NCBI RefSeq assembly: GCF_032116555.1
Contig: NZ_CP134949.1
Span: forward strand, 2,170,001 to 2,234,000
Direction: 5' to 3'
DNA length: 64,000 nucleotides
Source: Halorarum halobium
Lineage (GTDB): Archaea > Halobacteriota > Halobacteria > Halobacteriales > Haloferacaceae
The translations under genes were made by a program, and so were the position numbers. Each line of letters begins with the position of its first letter. Position 1 is the first letter of the stretch. This document shows, piece by piece, positions 59,654-64,000 of this stretch. The notes beneath the pieces were generated by a model that saw only the letters and a program-made list of their open reading frames with translations, ran no database searches and had not been told where the DNA came from.

Positions 59654-60463
59654 TCAGGATTCCTCTGCGTGCTCAATTATCGCCTCAATCTTTCTCAAGT
59701 CGTCTTCATCGTACTCCCCATATTTGTCCCGTCGTTCGATTCTCTCAAGAATATTCAGCAGCAGTGAGCGGTCACTGCGGGTGAGGGAAGTGAAATTGTC
59801 GGCATCCATCATCATCATACTGCCAAGCCAGAACCAGTGTGGTTCTCTCTGGCTGTCTTTATCCAGTAGCGCCTCAAGTCGCTCAATTAGGACTTGTTTC
59901 TTCTGAGATTCCAATACATCCCCCTCTTCTAACATTTCGAGTGCCTTCGGAAATTCCTCACGTAGCCGCTCTTCCTGACTGTGGAGAATCTGTTTTTGCT
60001 TTCTTCCCGTCCATGTGAATAGGATGAACATGAAGGGAATCATGGACGACATAAATGCCGACACTACAGTCTCCGAACTAATGCTTTGAACCGAAACCTC
60101 AAATTGTTCAGCAGCGACGATGAAGATAGCCACGACCCCGAAGCCAACAATAGAGAACAGATAGAGGCTTGAGAATATTCTATCAACCCTGTCAGAGGTT
60201 ATCACATCGCCGTTTGCGACATGAGAATTGAGTATGAGCTTGTACAGTAGGAATATAAAGACAATCGCGGCAAGTATCGTAGTTGCGACATTCAGCGCGA
60301 AATTGTCAAAGAGATCGTTGAAGAAGGCCGTGATATATCCTGCAAACAGGGAGAGGGCTACGAGGATTTGGATTCTCTCTTGGTGCTGTTCTTCCCGCTC
60401 TTTTGACTGACGCCTTAGTTCCTCAAGTAGAATCCCTGAGTCAGACGAATCTTTGTCAGCCAT
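59654..60463 (-). CDS. Four-TM cargo membrane protein with charged C-terminal domain
   Basis: Start MADKDS at 60463; 4 hydrophobic helices; AT-rich. Confidence 0.7.
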   Translation of the reverse strand: MADKDSSDSGILLEELRRQSKEREEQHQERIQILVALSLFAGYITAFFNDLFDNFALNVATTILAAIVFIFLLYKLILNSHVANGDVITSDRVDRIFSSLYLFSIVGFGVVAIFIVAAEQFEVSVQSISSETVVSAFMSSMIPFMFILFTWTGRKQKQILHSQEERLREEFPKALEMLEEGDVLESQKKQVLIERLEALLDKDSQREPHWFWLGSMMMMDADNFTSLTRSDRSLLLNILERIERRDKYGEYDEDDLRKIEAIIEHAEES

Positions 60464-60649
60464 ATGAGTACCAAAATACGACAGGATGTAAAATATACCG
60501 TCACCACAGTGTAAGTGAAAAGTCTCCCGAGTTCTCGCGTATTTATCGTCCACTAATCGGATTTGACCCCACCCTCTAAAGACCTAAAGAAGCCACCGTG
60601 GGGGTGGAGTTTATTGTGATCCCATACGGTTTGCCGAGCGGAGATTCAA

Positions 60650-60928
60650 ATGAGCGTCCCGAAGGACTACGAAGTAGATTTTGATGCAAAGCAAATCCCT
60701 GTTTGGTTCATCGATGAAGGCGAGACCATCGCCTATCACCTGTATCCAGACTGTGGACACATTGAGCATCGGAAGGACAGGGAGCTTTCGAAGCGGACGA
60801 TTAGTTGGGATCGAGACAAGTTTGTCGGGATTGAGGATTTCAAAGAGCAAATTAGAAGCGGACGCCATATGTGCGGTCACTGTTTGCCTCGGTTCCGAGA
60901 CGCGTGGTTTGCACACGATATGAAATAG
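60650..60928 (+). CDS. Small putative zinc-binding protein
   Basis: 'YHLYPDCGHI' ... 'MCGHC'. Confidence 0.65.
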   Translation: MSVPKDYEVDFDAKQIPVWFIDEGETIAYHLYPDCGHIEHRKDRELSKRTISWDRDKFVGIEDFKEQIRSGRHMCGHCLPRFRDAWFAHDMK

Positions 60929-61208
60929 AGTGACGGCGCTCGCGCCTTTATCCCCCACCACGGTGGAGTAGAGGGACCTGCTCACTCAGCCTAATATAGC
61001 CACGTGTGGGGTTTCAGACCCTGTTCGAACCGATAACGACGTAACATTCTACCGCTTAGATGGATGGAATTCATTCAATTCCGTCCAACACTCTGCTGTA
61101 GGTCCCAAAGTAACCCCTCCGACAGAGTGCACGGCTTCCCGTACGCGCATCTAATAGAAAATTGTGGCAGGGAAAACGTCTAATGGTTGTCCTGAATGGC
61201 ATGATCAT

Positions 61209-61565
61209 ATGCCAGTCGTTGACTTCAACAGTGCCATAGATGAGGTTGTGATAGCTGCTTACGAATTTCTGGAATGCGAATCAAAGTTTTGCGATCAATA
61301 CAGCGTTTCAGATTCTGAGGAAGGCAAAGAGATTACGTTCCATGACAGTTCCGATATGGAGGGTATCTACAGCGTTTCAGATGAGAATGGTGGAGTAACT
61401 GTAGTTTGGACAGTCTTAGAGGAAGCCGATGAAAGAACTCCCAAACCAGGTTCAATTGATAGCGCCTTTGACGACTTTGATGTGGCCCTAAGAGAAACAT
61501 CAGCAACGAAGGTGCAAGTTCGTAGGGAAGCAGAGAAGAGGGGGATTGCAGTTGGGGACAACTAG
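61209..61565 (+). CDS. Acidic hypothetical protein
   Basis: 118-aa ORF from ATG 61209. Confidence 0.55.
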   Translation: MPVVDFNSAIDEVVIAAYEFLECESKFCDQYSVSDSEEGKEITFHDSSDMEGIYSVSDENGGVTVVWTVLEEADERTPKPGSIDSAFDDFDVALRETSATKVQVRREAEKRGIAVGDN

Positions 61566-61744
61566 TCACAACACAGGGGAAAGAACTAGGTTATTGGCGA
61601 TTTGACTACCCTCTGAGTGCGGTACGGCACATAGGCACGTCCACAAGATGACTGGATTCCATGACGCTCCACGGGCTCAAGTATATCAAGCACGCGGAGC
61701 AGCCTGGATGCCCCCTTGCGAATATGAGGCGTCCATTCCCTGGA

Positions 61745-61817
61745 TGGGCTCGGGCGGAGTTGAACCACCGATCTCTTCCTTGTAAGGGAAGCGTCATGAC
61801 CACTAGACCACGAGCCC
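61745..61817 (-). tRNA. tRNA-Val(TAC)
   Basis: GGGCTCG/CGAGCCC acceptor stem, cttcc-ctTACaa-ggaag anticodon arm, TTCAACT T-loop. Confidence 0.97.
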
Positions 61818-61910
61818 GCACGCGAACGAAACCCATCGATTCGAATAACGCTTGCCCTTCCCGCCGACGGGTGCGACACGCTTTCACCGCCGGGACACGA
61901 GAGCCGCGAC

Positions 61911-62405
61911 GTGGATCGCCGCCGCCTCGCCGTCCCCGCGTTGCTTGCACTCGGCGTCGGAATCGCGGTCGTCCTCGCGTTCGCGCCCGGCCTGCTCACC
62001 GGCCTCGAGTACGACCGGACGACCGTCACGGCCGTTGACGCGAACGGCACGGAACTCGACACGATCGACGTCCGCGTGGCCGACACCTACTGGAAGCGCT
62101 ACACCGGCCTGAGTGACGCCGACCGACTCCCCGACGGCGAGGGGATGTTGTTCGTCCACCCCGGCGGCGGCGAGCACGCCTACGTGATGCGCGGGATGGC
62201 GTTCCCGCTGGACATCGTCTTCGTCGCCGCCGACGGCACCGTCACGCGCGTCCATCACGCGGAGCTCCCGCCGGCCGGCACGAGCGGCGGCGACCTCACG
62301 CGCTATCGCGGCACGGGAACGTACGTTCTCGAGGTGCCGTACGGCTACACGAACGAGACGGGCATCGACGCCGGCGACCGCATCGTCATCGGGGGCGAGT
62401 ACTGA
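61911..62405 (+). CDS. DUF192 domain protein
   Basis: 'VADT...RYTGLS', 'GMLF', 'MRGMAFPLDIVF', 'YVLEV'. Confidence 0.88.
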   Translation: MDRRRLAVPALLALGVGIAVVLAFAPGLLTGLEYDRTTVTAVDANGTELDTIDVRVADTYWKRYTGLSDADRLPDGEGMLFVHPGGGEHAYVMRGMAFPLDIVFVAADGTVTRVHHAELPPAGTSGGDLTRYRGTGTYVLEVPYGYTNETGIDAGDRIVIGGEY

Positions 62406-62472
62406 GCCCGAAGCCGGCCCGTTTCGATTCGAAGCGAACCCTTTAGGGCGGCGGCTTCTTCCAGTCTGACCA

Positions 62473-64000
62473 ATGAGTCACCCCGCCGAGGAGGACGACC
62501 CCTTCGAGGACGTCCGTGAGCGCACGGACAACGCGATGCGCCGCCTCTTCCAGGAGTACGGACGGGAAAACTGGTACCAGTTCACCGTCGGGCTCGTCGC
62601 CAGCGTCTTCGCCCGGGTGCTCGACCTCTTCCCGCCGCTCGTGCTCGGCGTCGCCATCGACGCGCTGTTCAACCCCGAGACGGACATCTCCTACGCGGAG
62701 GCCACCGCCGACCTGCTCCCCGGAATCACGCCGGCGATGCTCGCCGGGGTCATTCCGGCCGGCAGGCAGGGCCAGTTCGAACTCTCCATCGCGCTCATCG
62801 CGCTCGGCTTCTTCGGCGGGGCGGCGTTCCACTGGTCGCGCAACTGGGGGTGGAACTCGTTCGCCCAGAACATCCAGCACAGCATCCGCGTCGACACGTA
62901 CAACAAGATGCAGCGGCTGAACATGGACTTCTTCGCCGACAAGCAGACCGGCGAGATGATGTCGATCCTCTCGAACGACGTGAACCGGCTCGAACGGTTC
63001 CTCAACGACGGGATGAACTCCTTCTTCCGGCTCTCGGTGATGGTCGTCGCCATCGCGGTCATCCTCTTCTCGCTCAACTGGCAGCTGGCCCTGGTCGCGC
63101 TCGTCCCGGTCCCGCTCATCGCCTTCTTCACCTGGAAGTTCATCGAGACCATCCAGCCGAAGTACGCCGACGTCCGCTCGTCGGTCGGCGCGATGAACTC
63201 CCGGCTGGAGAACAACCTCGGCGGCATCCAGGTCATCAAGACGTTCAACACGGAGAACTTCGAGTCCGACCGCGTCGACGACGTGTCGATGGACTACTTC
63301 GACGCGAACTGGGACGCCATCGAGACGCGCATCAAGTTCTTCCCGGGCCTGCGGGTCATCGCCGGCATCGGCTTCGTGCTGACGTTCCTCGTCGGCGGCC
63401 TCTGGGTGTTCTCGGGCCCGCCATGGTTCTTCACGGGCACGCTCGAACTCGGCCAGTTCGTCATCTTCATCACGCTCACCCAGCGGTTCATCTGGCCGAT
63501 GGCGCAGTTCGGGCAGATCATCAACATGTACCAGCGGGCCCGCGCGTCCTCCTCGCGCATCTTCGGGCTGATGGACGAGCCCTCCCGCATCACCGAGGAT
63601 CCCGACGCCGAGGAACTGGTCGTCGGGGACGGCGACGTCGTCTACGACGACGTCACGTTCGGCTACGACGAGGCCGAGACCATCATCGAGGACGTGAGCT
63701 TCGACGTCGAGGGCGGCGAGACGCTCGCGCTCGTCGGTCCGACCGGCGCGGGCAAGTCCACGGTCCTGAAGCTCCTCCTCCGGATGTACGACGTGAACGA
63801 GGGCTCGATCACCATCGACGGGCAGGACCTCCGGGACGTCACCATCCCGAGCCTCCGCCGGCAGGTCGGCTACGTGAGCCAGGAGACGTTCATGTTCTAC
63901 GGCACGGTGAAGGACAACATCGCCTACGGCACGTTCGACGCCGACGACGAGGCGATCGTCGAGGCAGCGAAGGCCGCCGAGGCCCACGAGTTCATCCGGA
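62473..64000 (+). CDS. ABC transporter fused permease/ATPase (3' truncated by window)
   Basis: TM domain followed by Walker A GPTGAGKST and 'YVSQE'; no stop before the window end. Confidence 0.9.
   Translation, partial: MSHPAEEDDPFEDVRERTDNAMRRLFQEYGRENWYQFTVGLVASVFARVLDLFPPLVLGVAIDALFNPETDISYAEATADLLPGITPAMLAGVIPAGRQGQFELSIALIALGFFGGAAFHWSRNWGWNSFAQNIQHSIRVDTYNKMQRLNMDFFADKQTGEMMSILSNDVNRLERFLNDGMNSFFRLSVMVVAIAVILFSLNWQLALVALVPVPLIAFFTWKFIETIQPKYADVRSSVGAMNSRLENNLGGIQVIKTFNTENFESDRVDDVSMDYFDANWDAIETRIKFFPGLRVIAGIGFVLTFLVGGLWVFSGPPWFFTGTLELGQFVIFITLTQRFIWPMAQFGQIINMYQRARASSSRIFGLMDEPSRITEDPDAEELVVGDGDVVYDDVTFGYDEAETIIEDVSFDVEGGETLALVGPTGAGKSTVLKLLLRMYDVNEGSITIDGQDLRDVTIPSLRRQVGYVSQETFMFYGTVKDNIAYGTFDADDEAIVEAAKAAEAHEFIR

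Larger units (their letters stand above)
54575..61778. mobile_element. ~7.2 kb tRNA-Val-integrated element (integrative plasmid, satellite or defective provirus)
   Basis: Direct repeat gaaccaccgatctcttc at both ends, integrase next to the left end, abrupt drop in GC and change in codon usage. Confidence 0.9.

Noticed and set aside
60464..60553. Upstream extension of the four-TM ORF to 299 aa
   Set aside because: Non-ATG start and AT-rich promoter-like sequence; ATG at 60463 preferred
54656..61565. Complete pleolipovirus provirus
   Set aside because: No recognisable spike, membrane-protein cluster, NTPase or Rep genes

Overview
High-GC chromosomal segment of a halophilic archaeon (Halobacteriales-type acidic proteome, mostly leaderless genes). 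Most of the window is ordinary housekeeping content: endonuclease III, aCPSF1/FttA, PAC2, SppA, the rpa1-rpap1-rpe operon, an orphan heme-copper oxidase subunit I, mutS and mutL (separated by AIM24-like and Fic genes), KDG kinase, M42 and S9 peptidases, halocyanin, a B12-binding subunit with MeaB, thiolase/DUF35, uL16 (L10e), NucS, two cold-shock genes, tRNA-Phe(GAA), tRNA-Val(TAC), DUF192 and a partial ABC transporter. Two things stand out. (1) A ~7.2 kb lower-GC element (~54575-61778) integrated at tRNA-Val(TAC). It carries an SNJ2-like tyrosine integrase but no recognisable replication or capsid gene. Its cargo includes an operon of RHH / truncated TFB-like / tandem-RHH genes and an unannotated 48-aa gene with a class III (prepilin) signal. 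The displaced tRNA 3' copy at its far end carries a 59-nt double-hairpin insertion and two acceptor-stem mismatches. (2) A modular, nested family of intergenic repeats whose hairpins use c(GNA)g triloops and tandem G.A pairs, a pattern that points to folding as single-stranded DNA. No CRISPR array or IS transposase was seen. All family assignments come from motif recognition by eye; no searches were run.
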